Source: Tricharina praecox (taxonomy: Eukaryota). Taken from it: a stretch of DNA of 64,000 nucleotides. The notes below the pieces were generated by a model. The model saw only the letters and a program-made list of their open reading frames with translations. It ran no database searches and was not told the origin of the DNA. Position numbers and translations under genes: made by a program. Where the stretch lies: positions 372,001 to 436,000 of the forward strand of contig NW_026250424.1 in NCBI RefSeq assembly GCF_024521635.1, given 5' to 3'. The first letter of the stretch is position 1. The number at the start of each line of letters is the position of its first letter. Positions 24,665-38,900 of the stretch are shown here, in pieces.

Positions 24665-26374
24665 CAACCTCCTTTTTCTCTCATGTCTATTCTTGCAAAT
24701 AATCTCCGAGGGCATGGCTGATTATTGGAAAAGTGTAATAGTGTTGGTTATACGAAGGAATGGGCGATGTGACGAGCATAGTACTACATAGTACCGGCGC
24801 CGAGGATGATTTACCGAGGATGGGGATGGGGTTCTTCCCGAGGATGCTGAGCAGAGCTGAATATTGCCCGAGCGGATGTTGTGGCACGCACGCTCGGCGC
24901 TGACGATTCCGTCAGCAATGCATTGGGCATCGTGGTGTTGTGCACCCGATCCTCCATGCATGCCTGACGATGTTGAAAAGGTGCACTCGCGCAACCCAAC
25001 CAGGCAATGCCGGGGTCTCGAGGAGCGCCGGTACAAACAAGGCCGACCGTTGTTGTCAACGGGTGAATCCATCTCGTCTCGACGGTGGATCTCGAACGGA
25101 ACATTCCCTTGGGCCTTGGCGATCCATGGCGGAGATCCGGCAGGTGTTAAAACTTGGTGATGATGGTTTCTACATATAGCTTTAGCTTTAGAGTAGGAAT
25201 ACATTGATTTACACCTACACACATGTACTTGATCAAACGTACCCCACATTGCACAACCCCGAGTACATATATCCCTATCTAGCGACTATATTAGGTACAT
25301 GATGTGCTGTTTCGGATTAACTTATCATGAGCCCCCCCCCCCCGTGTATCACTTGTTCTCACTCTGATCCACGAGGTGCATGTGAGATCTGAGACCTCAC
25401 ACAACACAGCACAACACCCGACTCGGCCAATCTGCCAATCTGCCGTTCGGAGAAAAAAACTCCAAACCCAATTCCGCGCGGGCGGAAGGGTGTATCAGAA
25501 CTCCCTCAGCTCCCAGTGGTACGCCCCTTCCAGCCTGCTTCTGGAAGCTCCCATCATATCTGCACTCAACGGTCGGGTCGGAAACGGTGCAAAGCACGCG
25601 CATGCACGACATATATACAACCACATCATAGAGTTACAGAGTCACAAACAGCCTTAAACACATAGCAAAGGCCCACTGCGTACATACTTCTTACATACAT
25701 ACACCGCACCATATGTAACTGCTGGGGGGTGAGAGCGACCCCAGCACCGGCCCGAACCCACCATAGCCGCCGAGTGCACCCTGTACCTTGCCGCGTGCAG
25801 GCCAGGTATGTACATAGCCCAGGCTGTGTTTCCGATTTCGATTCCGTATCGCATGTACCTGTCTGGGAATACCAAACATTTAGAAATAAGAATAAGGTGA
25901 TGATGGCGAATCTGGCGGATCTGGCGAGGCTGGGGGTGGATGGGGTGCGTGGAGTTTGGAGTCCGGACGCTGTTGCGCTGCGGCGTACCTAGTATGTTCA
26001 CTGGATTCTGGACAATGCGCGGATGGCATGGAGCTGGTCTTGGAAGAAGCAAGAAGGAAGCAGCATGACTGGGCTGGAATGCGCGCCCACACACCTGCAC
26101 ACCCGCACACCCGCACGCATCGTACGCATGAGCGTTGTGGTATGTGGTATGCGCCACCTGCAACCTGCAATGTAAGCAGAAAGTGGAGGGTGCGGAGGAT
26201 GTGGATCGTGTCATGCGTTCACGGGATGTCACTCGGCAGTGGCGTTTCATGCGGAGGATCGCATATTCTCCGGTAACTTTACCCAGCCCCGTGAAGCGGT
26301 TTCGACACATCCGTGATGGATCGACATGCGGAAAAGCTTAAGTGATGATCCGCTATCGACATGCTCCTGCCAGT

Positions 26375-26408
26375 GGGATGGGATGGGATGGGATGGGATG
26401 GGATGGGA
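26375..26408. repeat. (GGGAT)6 microsatellite
   Basis: Read directly. Confidence 0.9.
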
Positions 26409-29400
26409 GCAGCGGGCCGAATCCAGCTGGCTGGGCCGGACGAGGTGGTGTTGCGCGCGGGGGAAGGGCGGGAGGGGGAGGGGGGTTTCGGGTCGGAAAC
26501 AAGTATGTCAGGTCGGGTCGGAGTGCTGGTGCTGTCACTGCTGTGCCACTGGACCACTGGAATGCTCGTAAGACGACGGACACGGACACGGACAGGTGCG
26601 AGAAACGTGTAGGTACATATCTGGTGCTTTCAGCCCCCCCAGGCAGCGATCTCCTTTTCACGGCGAGGTTGAGGTTGTACTGTGTAGGGGTGGGTGGAAG
26701 GATCGGGGGAGGGAGGGAGGGATGAAGGGAGGGAGAGAGGGATGGATGGAGGGATGGGCGGAGGAGGGGCACGGAGATGAAAACCAACAGCTTACAGGCT
26801 TCAGCCTTGAGTAACGTATGTATGATACATACCGATAGCTCCGTGGAAGGCGGTGAGCACCGAGGGGCGGCGGGGAAGATCAACAGTGGCATCGGAATCG
26901 GTACTTACCAACATGCTCGACAATTGTGAACTTGTAATCCTCATACGGGCCGGGGGTCGGCTGGGAGGAAAGAAGGAGATGGAGAGGAGGGGGATGAGAA
27001 GCTCGACCTTCGACCGCATTTCATATCCGTAGAACGAACCCCCTCCAACCCCACTTCGCCCACTCTGCCTCCTGGCCGTTGCATCGAAGCAGCAAATCAC
27101 CGAAGCTACGAGACCTCACGGGACTTCGGAAGCATGCAAGCCACCCGCCCATCCGCCTGCCATACCTACATATGATCCACCAGTCGGACACAGTTCCTCA
27201 CTTCCTCACTTTCCTTCAGGCTTGACAGACAGATATATCCCGACTCGCTCGCTCGCTCGCTTGTTGGAGACTGGACCGTAGTAGAAAGATCGACATAACC
27301 GGTAGGGGTGGTGAAGCAACTACCTATCGTTGTATGTAGACGTACCAAACGATTCATCTCTCCGCTCCTCCAGTCGATCCGCTATATGTACATAAATCTC
27401 CTAGAGGCTGGCGCTTAAGTTGGAGAAGTCCCCGGCTCGACTCCTCAATGTTAGAAGCTACCGTACTAGAGTGGCATACCATATAGTACGCCACCTATGA
27501 GCACGCCCACACACACATCCGACTCGTTTTACATAAGTAGGCAAGTAGATAGACAGGTAGGTATCCGTTCGCTTTGTAGGTATCGTACCAATTGTACCTA
27601 TTGTATGACGACTTGTCCATTGCCCCCGGGCCCCAGGCCCCAGGTCAAAGGTCCAAGCAAATGGTTGGGCCGGCGCAACCCTGGGCTGGGAATATGTCAA
27701 GTCAAGTCCAGGTATCTACTCTGGGTACTCTAGGTAGAGTACTCTAGAGTAGGTGTGCTAATCTTCCATCAACCTACTTCCTAGGACGGGGATTCAATCC
27801 TTCCCTCCCCTTCGCTGCACGGTGTATATGCCGGATTCGGAGTGATATGGTAGGGTAGGGTTGCGGTTTTCAGACTTTCAGGGGAAGTTCGAGGGAGTCG
27901 AGGGAGGCGAGCGAGTTTTCATACATACATGGGAATATATTATATAGGAGAGATCTTACGGATCCAGAGTGAGTACCGGTATGTATATCGATTTTCCCTA
28001 TTTCCTGTTTGGAGACCTCTCCTTTTGGAATCCTCACCCATCTACATAGAGTAGAGTAGCAGGCCAGTAGTTGCCTGAAGGAATCAGGCAGGACGGTATG
28101 CGTACGTACTATGTAGAGTACATACTAAGAAGGTAGGAGGTAAGTAGGTGAACGATGCTTTCTTCAGGCCTTGCGATGCTCAAAGTAATCCTAAATAAAT
28201 CCTCGCCGCCGCCTCGTTGTGGCCACTGACCATGGCAGACTGGCAGTTGGGCAGTTGGGCCGGATGGCATCTTGAATACCGAGAGTAGAGTGCACATCAA
28301 ATACCCCATCAACCCCCTGTAGAAAAAGTTCCCAATGTCTGTACTGGTACACCTTTACTACACACAAAGTTGTAGTAACCTCCTCACCCGCCGCCGCCCG
28401 TCATACTATGTAGTAGTAAGCATGCAGGTACTGCACTTCATTGCCATACCCACCCACCTACACACACCCACCCACCCACACACACCCTCCACACTCCATC
28501 CTTCGCGCGCAAAATGGGGGGTTTTTTTTGTTGATGTGAACAATTCCCGGGTAGCGACCACCACCATGCACCACCGTGCAGAAGTATGTGCGTACAATAT
28601 GTGCGTTCAACTGTTGCATCGGAATTTCCATTGGTTCTCGGAGGGAAGGGAGGGTGGGCTGCGACTCTGCGAGTGGGTGTGCTGAATCCTAACGTTTGGC
28701 TTGCGATTGGGTGACGGGGGGGAGGGGTGGAGGGGTGGGTGGGGTGAGAAAGCAGGCAAGCAAGAGAAGGCGGCTGCGACTCTGAGAGGGGATTCGAGGA
28801 TTCGAAACATCCGACACTGCGATATCGTCCAATCGAATCGAATCAAGAAATCGCTGCCATATATGATATGGTAAGTGTGAGCTCTGGAGCAGGAGCCTCC
28901 ACGTAACCAGCGCACGCTTTCGGCAACTCGACGAGGAAGAGGAGGAGGAGGAGGGGGAGGAGCAGGTGGAGGATCTCCTCCAATCGGGCTCGAGCTCGAT
29001 AAACAAAACGATGAAACATGTTGGTCGCTTTCACTTCCGGAAACGGATATGGATGATCCTCGGGCGTCCATGTGAGGTACGTACTCTACCTTGGGTACTC
29101 CAGGTACTCTACCTACAGAACAACCCCACCCCCACACCCACGACAACAACAACAACAACTTGCGTGTCGGATAACGACTACTGTACATACTCTACATACT
29201 CTACATACTTTACAAACCCAACGACACATCCACCCACCGATCGCCGCCTCTATCCCTCTCTCTCTCTCTCCGGTTGACGGCTTGGGAACTGGAAATCGGT
29301 GGGAATCGGGGGGCGGGGCACTGCGTGCGCGCTGTAGGTACTCTATAGTACTCATCGACGTGGATGGTAGCATGGAGCACCAAGCACCAAGCACCAAGCA

Positions 29401-32145
29401 TGAAGCATGAAGCATGTACCTGGTAGGTACGTGTGTGCGGTGCGGCGGGCGCGCAGGCGGGGCTTCAGCTCGGGACCGTTATATACTCTACCGCTACTCT
29501 AGGTACCGCAGAGTACTAGTACACAGCTGCGGAGAACGATGTCATGGTACATGCACGTGAGTCAAGCCCAGCCCAGCCCAGCGAACCGCTGACTCCGACG
29601 TGACCGCTGGCCGAGAGGAGGGAAAGGAAAAGGAAAAGAAAATCTGTTGGGTCGCGAAGGCATTGATATAGGCAGGCCTGCCCAGACTACGTATGACCTG
29701 GTACGACTATGGATATCGCATCTTGGATTCGTGGTAGGGCATGACCATGATCCATTAACGAGGGCGTTTCGTTTCTTTCCGGCGAACATTCACTCAACTA
29801 CCACTCTAACTAGCTCTTTCAGGGCGGCGGCGGCTACCTAGGCCTGAACTCGAGCTCGACTGAGCTCGACCTGGAGCGTTTCCATGCAATGTGTCAGAGC
29901 GATAATACTAGTTATGGTACATACGGCGGTACCGGTTGCAGCTTCTGGAATCTGGAGACGATATCGATATCGATAGATACGTACATGCCGAAGCGAGAGT
30001 CCGCAGTCCGCAGTCGGGCGGCGTGGGAAACAAGGACTGTTTGGCGGCGGCGGGGCGGTGGTGTCTGCGATCGTGGGAATATGCGATTGTGTGTGGATAT
30101 TGACCGTTCGGGAGTCTGGATATCAACTAGCTGCCGTTCGCTTACTCGCTTGCTTGCGCATCACCATCGTCATCGTCCCGCTCAGCAGCGGCCGGCAAAG
30201 CGAAGCAACCAAATCACATTTCTTCTTCTAGCGATGAAGACGAGCAGACGACGATGGTTCAGACTGACTGGCAACTGCATGATGCCTGGGACGTGCATGT
30301 TCACGTGTGCAATGGGCAATGCGCAATGGGCAGTGGGCATGGCAAAGAAGAAGAAGACACTGCGCATGAATGTAGGGCATGAAAGACATCTGCAGCTGCA
30401 GCTTGCAGCTGCGCAGCGGGCGCGACCGCGCGTGGGTTCGAGGTTCTTTCCTGCTTTCTTTTTTTCTCTAGAGTATGATGTGGAGGGGGGCGGGGAGGGC
30501 GGGGGTTCTTGGTTCAGAGACAAAAGAAGCAAAAGAAGCAAAAGAAGCAAAGCCGTCATGCGATGAGTTTGCGAGTGAGGTGAGTGAGTGAGGTGTGAGT
30601 GAACGGCGAATGCCTCCTTGCAAACTCAATTCAATGGGACATCTCTCCTCAGTCCTGCGATAATGGCACCAACTACTCTCGGTATAGTAGGTAGTAGGGT
30701 ACCGAGACGGATTGTCACAGATGGGCAGAGAGCGCCCGCGCAAACTCTCTTTACTCTTTTGCTCATCCAGCTTGATTACCACACATACCTATTCTATTCC
30801 ACCTATTCGGCCGATACCCAGAGCAGGTAGAGTAGCTGGCAGGAATGCCACCACCACCACCACCACAGTCCGCGGCGAACAGAATGGTGAGACCAACGAT
30901 GACGTTCCGCCTGGCCGGCCGGGCTACATAGGGTATCGTACAAACTTAGAATTACGACACTTCGCTTCCGAGCAGCAGCGGAGTGCATTTCCATTTCCCA
31001 AATCGAATCGAGAAATGACGACAATCCCGCTCAAGCCTCGGGCCCTGAGGACAAATACAGACATAATAGAGCAGAGCGGTGGGCCTCGATCCTAAGCTTT
31101 GTGTGTAAGCTTTGTACATACTCTAAGGAGCGCTCGCGTGGAGCGTGGAGGGAAGTCAGTGCGGCCGGCCGTGGCTCTTGGGACATTTGCTTGTAAGATT
31201 ATGTGGCTGGCTGGCGTGCTGGCGTGCTGGCGTGCTGGCTGGCTGGCTGGCGTAGTTATGCACACATGAACTGACCGTTGATAATGCTTGAACAGCAGTG
31301 CCCGCACCCGTGCCCGAGGAATCGCTCGATGGAGCTCTGAAGCTCTGAAGCAGTGAAGCAGTGAACCGCGGCAACCGGAAGTCCGGAGGTCCCGGAGGTC
31401 CCGGAGGCCCCGGGGTCCCGAGGTTCGGAGGGCTGCAGTGCCCGAGTCGATGGCGATGACGGCGGGGTGCAGTGGCAACTGGCAAGTGCCCGAGAGTCGG
31501 TGACGGCGGGAATTCGCGTTGTACATACTATGATAGACTTCGGCGCGCGTCCGCGGCGTCTACGGTAGGTATGCTGGCGATGTCATGGGTTCGCATTGAT
31601 GTCGCCCCCGCCCCCGACTTGCAAGTTGCAACGTGCTGCGCTGTGGGGTCGACTGCGTGTCTATGTATGAGGGAGAGCCCCGGAGAGGCTGGTAGATTGA
31701 TGCTAGATGCCAGATGCCACATGGAGCGGGATGTCCTTCTCGCCTGCGGCGTAGATACCGATATACACATGGCGCGAGGTCGGCACCTACCTGCTTACCT
31801 ATGTGCATACCGTACTCTGGTATCTACTCTAGTCCCCGCCCCCGCCCCCGTGCATCAGAGAAGGAAGGAGTACATAAGCAATCGGAGCATGGCGTAGGCG
31901 AGCCGGTAAGGCGCTCGAAATCCTCACCACTTGTAAGTTGTGTGTAGCCGAGTTCTCATCCTCCGGGAGTGCCCCTGTGTCCCCTGTGTAGAGTACGGTA
32001 CTCATTGAGCTGAGCGAGCCCTTGCCGAGGCTGGCACCTAACTGGTACCGTACCTATGCGAGACTCGCACCGCGCCGTTTCGGTCTCTCTCTGCTCAGGC
32101 ACCAGGCACAAGCACGATTATGGTACATAGGGCATGACGGAGGCT

Positions 32146-32209
32146 CACTTCCCTCACTTCCCTCACTTCCCTCACTTCCCTCACTTCCCTCACAACCCTC
32201 ACAACCCTC
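32146..32209. repeat. (CACTTCCCT)5(CACAACCCT)2 9-bp minisatellite
   Basis: Read directly; the unit changes part-way along the array. Confidence 0.9.
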
Positions 32210-33974
32210 GCAACGAACCGAACAACGAACCGAACGGCAGCGTGTGCAGCCGCAGGTCCGCAGCCGCATTCCACACCCACGCTGTTCGCAATGCTCAATG
32301 CAGAGTCGAGTCCAGTCCAGCCAGAGTCAAAAGAAGCAAAAGACAACGCCGTGCGCGACGATGAGGATGAACCCTTGCGGATCCAACGATCTAAGTTGGT
32401 GTACTACTATAGTATAGTTTAGTATAGGTACTATAGTGTGGTAAATAGTACGCAGAGTAAACTTCGAGGCACGAGGGGACGAGAGGGGATCCCGACGAGA
32501 GGGAATCCCGACGAGAGGGGACGAGAGTGCCCTCCCGTCCGGTGCGTGTCCGCACAGACTTGACTTGGGTCCAGCTCATCTAGAGTAGAGTACTCCATGT
32601 AGAGTAGAGTGTGATATGATATCGACAATCGGGGTGTGTGGGGCAACACCCGGCCTCCTCGTCGTCTGCGACCCAGACACAGAGAGGGGGTACACTGAGC
32701 TCACGAGAGCTCGAGTCTCTTATTCTCCTTTGATGACAGACGTACACCGAGTCTCCCATCCCCAATCTCCAACCTCCAAGCGAGCGAGCAACAACGATCC
32801 CATTGGTGTTCTGCCATTTGCCATTGTCGCGCGCGGAGCTCTCAATTTTACCGGTTCGTCCGGCACCACCACCTTCGTTCGAGGCCCGTTTTGACGCCTT
32901 CCCCCCTAGAATATTTTCTAGGGAGGCTGTGAGTTGGGGTACTGGTACAAGACAAGAGAGAGAGAGGGGGTGTGGTATGTGGTAGTTGCGGTGGGGCGGT
33001 GGGGCGGTGGGGCCTGCGGCCTGCGGCCCTGCGCGACGGATAGGATAGTTATCCCTGAAGGACGATGGACGATGGACGATGGACGTGGACGAGTGCCACT
33101 CGCCCGGCGCCTGCAGAGTGCCCCTCCGCCTATCGCCAGCCTGCCTACTCCAGAGTCTAGAGTTTTACCTACTCCAAGCCTTTACCCTCGAAGGGCATCG
33201 CACCGCACCGCCGCGCCTCAATACCGTACCTACCTAGCAGATGGCCACAGACAGACCCCTGCGCGCCCCATCGCACCCTGGCGAATCAACCCATCCATCC
33301 ATCACTCCTGGCCTGGCCTCCCCTCCCCTCCCCAAGCAGTCGCACTTCCAGTCGCACTCCCAAGCGCATGGTTCCGCATCGCAGGCATCGCAGGCACCGT
33401 AGCTTCTTCTTTCTTCTTCTCCTCCAAAGTAGATTTGCCTCCGTGTGTGTGCCTGTGTGTGCCTGTGTGTGTGAGTGTGTGTGTGTGCTGCAGGGCCCAT
33501 ACAAGTGTAGGTATTTATCATGGAGGCCTGCCCCACACACACACACCTCGTGCTGCTGCTGCTGCTGCCCTCCAGTTAGTTAACTACAGCCTACTTACTT
33601 AAGTACTTACAGCTGGGAATCCTACTTCAATTCACGGGAAGGAAAACGAAGTCAGCGACTGCGACTGCGAGTTCGACGATCATCATCATACTCATATATC
33701 AACCCAGACAGCAACAAAAAAAATAGTCATCAGTTACATACATCAAGTACCTACGTCCACGGCCTCCTACGTATCACGATCACTCGACTCGGTAAACTCG
33801 CATTCAGTATCATACATACACATACACAATACACATACATACAACCAGATTTAGCCAGCTCAAGTGTTGGGAAACACCCTCGGATTTGATTTGCAAACCG
33901 TCGACCGGGCTGCTCGAGGCTACCTTGCTATCTGGGGCCTTTCTCCCCACGTTTGACCATCACAACCGCGCAAG

Positions 33975-35999
33975 ATGACTTCGTCCGCAAACTACACATG
34001 TCCGGAACCTTTTCTACCGCTATACCAGTTCCCGAAACTCAGAGGAGGTGAGCCGATCTGCTACGCCACCGAGTTGTGTACCTATCGGGGCTTGTTCTGA
34101 TGGTGGATTTACAGATATCAATGCTCGGTTTTGTACACCGCTTCCCATCAAAGGATTTCCAGAATGCTGTCTGCCATGTCCAAAGCAAAACTATTTCTAC
34201 CCGGACCGTATGTCACTCATCATCCTCCTCCGTATTCTTTCCCGCCTCGGTCTGACGATTTCTTTTGGCTTTGGCAGGATTCCAAAAGATGATCCACTCG
34301 ACAACTTATATCAACCTCGTCAGCGTCGTCTGTTGCTGCTTCCTCCTAATTAGCTTTGGCGTGCTTCCGATAGAAGCGACACGCCGCCACTACCTGAGTG
34401 TTTGCTTGACCGTGGCGGTTTTGTTGATGCAGGTACGTGACGCATACACTGCCAACCTGTGCATAGTACGCAGAGCCACCCCACTGACACTACTTGATAG
34501 CTGTCCTTTGTGGTACCTCTGGGAAACCAAATGAACCAATGCTACGACCTGATCACGCCCCACGACATGCACTCAAGCGTCAACTGTGCGCTCTCGGGTG
34601 CATTGCTGTTGGGTGGAGGCATGTGTGCAGTGATGTGGGGTATGTGGAGCCCTCGAGTTGAGCCGAAGGATTCAGTCCACTGACAACAGCTTAGTCTTTC
34701 TGCGAACCCTTTCGCTTCACCTTCAGATTTGCTGGCAGGTTGTACCTGGCAACAAGTTCTTTGTGGGTGCCCAGTTGGCCGGATGGTCGATCCCGGCGGT
34801 GTTTCTGGCAGCCGCCATGTCCGTGACCGGTGTCTCTTTCCGCTTCGGTGAATCTTGCCACATCAACTCGAAGAATGGCATCCAGACATTCTGGGGCCCG
34901 ATGCTTGCGATGGCGGCAGCTTCCATCGTCACGCAATCCATAACGTCAGTATACCGTCCCCCGCAACACCGCCCCCGCAGTTGATGCTGACTCGATCTAT
35001 AGGTTCGGATATGTCACTCAGGTCTATCTGCGCTCCCTGTTCGAGGAGAAGCCATCGAACACTCAGGCCTCCAGCGGTTCCAACAACCCGTACAGCACCA
35101 GCCTCAGGACCGTCACCGCGTTCCAGGCTTTCCGACGCATCCGAAGAGTGCTTGCGCTTCAGTGGCGAGGAATCTTTGTCGTTATCATCATTTTGGCGGA
35201 CGTCATCTATTTTTCGACCGTCTTCCTGCAGTTCGATGGGACCACGCAGAGGAACGAGACGAACCAGAGCCATGCCCTGGATTGGCTCCTGTGCATGCTG
35301 ATCAACGATGGCGATAAGAACCAATGTCACAAGCAGGCGAGCAAATTGGTGGTGTCCGAAGGGACAGCGTTCTCCGTGCTGTTTCTGCTCTCGGTATGTC
35401 TAATCCATCGCTGGCCTCTTAATTCGGCCGTGTTAACATTCCCGCAGTTCAACGGCATTTGGGCGCTCATCTTGCTCGGACGACCCAGCATCTATCCCGC
35501 CTGGTTCGCCATGATCAAGCAATGCTTCGTGCCCCTGAAATCGCCCGACGAGTTTGTGTCATACAACGCTCGACGGATCTCGGAGCCCACAAACTCGTCG
35601 TACGAGATGCTGGAGAGCAAGACGCGACACACGGCGTCCACCGCCGACCTCAACCTGATGAAGCCCGAGCCTTCCATCGTGCGGACAGACCTCACCAGCT
35701 CGCTGCGCGAATACAACCCGTCCACCTTCTCAGCGCACATGCGAGGACGGCCGACGCCGAGCATCACCACCGCGTCGGCGGTCCCCTATCCCACCTACCA
35801 CGATCTCGAGTCCGGTGGGAGTCGGAGTCCCCCGCCGCCCCCATTCTCGCCGTTCCACGATCTACCGAATTACGACAACAGTCCAGATTCTCGGAATCCG
35901 CCATCGTTCTCTCCGTACGCGGACAATACACCCAACCGAACACCCGTTAGCGGAGGTCCGAAATTCCCGGAGGGAGCCCGAATTGGCTTTGCGAAATAG
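33975..35999 (+). CDS. 7TM G-protein-coupled receptor, fungal GprM-like (family-2/secretin-like profile)
   Basis: ATG 33975; Cys-rich ectodomain CPEPF..RFC..CCLPCP; seven hydrophobic helices over about 7 exons (FLLISFGVLP, CALSGALLLGGG, FLRTLSLHLQICW, GVSFRFGESCHIN, FWGPML, LQWRGIF); S/P-rich tail. Confidence 0.8.
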
Positions 36000-38900
36000 A
36001 CGCATCGAGACCTCGACGCCTCTTTTTTTCTTTTTCTTTGCTTTTTCTGTCTTTCTTTGCTTTTTCTGTCTTTCTTTGCGTTTTCTTTTTTTTGGTTGTT
36101 CCCTTTTTCCGCTTTTTATCCGTCCTTGTTCATATTGGCGACTTCACCTCTTTGGGCCTTTTAGCGGGTTATATCCCTCATCCTCCGCACCCTCGCTTCG
36201 TTTCCTTTCCTTTCCTCAGCATTCAGCGTTTGTTTTGGTGTGTGCGGGTCATATTTTTTTTTGTATTTATGTAGTTTTACAGGTTTTTTTTTCTCCAACT
36301 CGCGTCCTTCCTCGGGCTTGGGTGTGGTTTCATGTATATATTATGATTTTTTTCGAGCTTTTCCTGGTGGGCTGGTGGGCTAGTCTTCTACTTTACTCTA
36401 AATGGAGGGGGGGTTGTGTATTTTTTTGGGGACGGGGCGGGGGACGGGGCGGGGGACAGGGCGGGGGACAGGGCGGCGGGCGCGGCGGCGGGTGTTTATC
36501 TGGAGTATAATGGGTGTCATTTTTTTCCATTTTCCCCACAGGTTGGTTTTTTGGGGGGCTTCTGACGGGATATGTACCACTACCTGACTGTGTATTTTTT
36601 TTGTTGTATCGCGGTAGATACGTTAGTAGCATATCAGATACCCATCACGAAGATTGCATTTGCACCAAGACCGCAGGATGTATTCCCAACGAAACGGCGA
36701 AACTTTTGGCGGGTCCTGTCTCCACCATCATCATTACCACCAGTGACCACGACCCTCGGAACAAGTTATCCTAAGCCCGGGTTCAACCGTCCAAGTCCAA
36801 CCGTGAGTCCAAGCCCGTCGAGAGTGGAACCCACACCTCACCTCACCTCGGCCCCTTCTTCCTTCTTCCTTCTTCCTTCCCGGTCCGGTCTGTTTTTCCG
36901 TGGAAAGCAGGAAGCAAGGATTACCGGTAGAATCATACATACTATGTACACGATAAAAATTCTTTCGTTCTGGACGATGGAAACCTGGTCGGTTGGGGCG
37001 ATCGTAGGTATGTACTCTATGTACCCTATAGTGATCATCGATGTTGAGTACTACCTTCTTCTTCCTCCGAGCGCGGACTGGCGGACTTGCGGGCTGGTGG
37101 GAGGACTGGTGGGCTGGTTGGTGGACTGGCTGGCTGGCTGGGGAGTGTGTTTCCTCCTGTTTCCCGACTGCGGGCCTGAAGCCGCGGACCTGGAAGCTGG
37201 AGGCTGGAAGCTAGAGGCTGGAGACTACCTGGAGGTTGGAGCCGCGAGTGTTGGGCTTGGAGCTTGATGCTTCGCAGTCCTGGCTTCCAGAAACGCCACG
37301 GCGGCACCAGCGGAAACGCCATGGCGGCATCGGCGGCGACCGCGGTGGTGGCGGCGGCGAGGGGTAGCCTACCTACTAGTAGGTATTTAGGACGGGGGAA
37401 ACGGTTCCACGTGGGTTTTGGTTACATGACCACATGCATAGCCTTGGCCGCATCGCCTTAGGTACATGATGTAGGTACCAGTACGTACATACATGCAACG
37501 CCTTTTTAGCCGTGGTCCGTGGATAATGCGCGCCCGCCGCTGCATATGTAGCGGGAGGGATGGGGTTGGACCTAGCTAGCTGCGATTGTCGGGCTGGTTT
37601 GTATCTATCATATGTAGAGTAGAGGCGTGTGGAGGGGAGGGGACTGGAGAATCATCGTATCGTACGAATCCTCTGTTTTTCCGTGGAGCCATGGGGTTGT
37701 GGGCAGATCTGGGGGAGGAGGGGGAGGGGAGGGGCTGGCGAACTACTTCAGGTACTCTACTCTGGATTCGTATGCTCAGGGCTGGATACTTTATACTAGA
37801 GTATTGCGATTGAAGCGGATGATCATCTTAGAGTAACTTTCTCCACCCACCAGCCATCCATCCAGCCAGCCCACCAGCCATCCATCCATCTATCTATCCA
37901 GGGAAAATCGTCTGCGCGACTAAAAATTGGTCACTAGTAGGTAAGTTACCCCTCGCCCCTGCCGCGATATTGGTTTGCGCTGCTGCTGCGAGGAATCGCC
38001 GAGGATTGTTTGGGCAGGAGCTCGAGGGGGCGGAAGCTTCGAGCATTGACGGCCCTACTCCACCCTACCTACTCCACCCTAGGCTAGGTAGCCTAGCCCG
38101 CGAGGAGTGGGGAGCGAGGAGCGAGGAGCGAAACGAAAGCGAAAAACAAAGCGAAGCCGTGTCCGTCCGTTGCCGAGACTCGACTGCGCCGAGTGCGCCG
38201 CGGTGACAACGTCGCACCTTCTCTCTGACACTCCCTCTCTCTCCGTGGTCAAAGGTGGACCCGCTTACGCCGAAGCCGCGGGTTTACAGGTACATACTGC
38301 CTATGTACTGGTGCATACCTTCAGGCCGGCCGCGAGTTGGACGATCAAGCACCATACAATGCTCCAGTCTCCAGGTACTGTAATCGACGCAAGTTTTCGC
38401 AAGTTTTCGCAAGTTTTCGGAAAATCCTCGCGAGAGAGCGGCCTTCCTGTTATGTATGTGTATGTGTGTATGTGCATCGGCGGCGGCCCCCATGGACAAG
38501 GAGGCAGGCAGGTACCCAGGTATGTACCTACATATGCCACTCAGTAACCATGTGCGGCGGTTAACGTCGTCCTCACCGTCGTCGTCGTCCTACATAGTCG
38601 TCGTCCTCCTCCGTCGCCGCCGCCGCCGTGCAGTCGCGAGTGCCTACCCACCTGCTAGTACTCTAGCTGTAGGCGGAATGTGTGGCATCCTGTCGATTGC
38701 GGTTATCGAAACTACTGTAGAGGGAGTAGTGATGAGATGTTGGGCACCCCACAAGTTCGTCAGCGACTCAGCGACTCGGCGGGCTGGGGGGGTACTCTAC
38801 TCTACTATATCTACTCTACTCTATATTATGATACACCGAGCTCGCTCGTCTACTCTATGTACTACTATATAGTAGCCTGAATCGACCGCGCAGGGACGAA

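Noticed and set aside
24714..24737. ATG reading MADYWKS, identical to the N-terminus of WBP4-type U1 zinc-finger proteins
   Set aside because: No following C..C..H..H finger in any frame I checked; the bases coincide with the predicted branch and acceptor of the snoRNA host intron.
25158..25367. Further C-box-like motifs (GTGATGA at 25158, ATGATGT at 25299 with CTGA at 25364), superficially U14-like
   Set aside because: Lacks the U14 ACATTCGCAG and TTCCTAGGATG elements; no recognisable rRNA guide or D'/C' pair.
25654..33602. Long intergenic ORFs (25654-26310, 29889-30566, 32934-33602 and similar)
   Set aside because: Translations mirror microsatellites, lack domains and show no consistent exon structure; expected in GC-rich low-complexity DNA.
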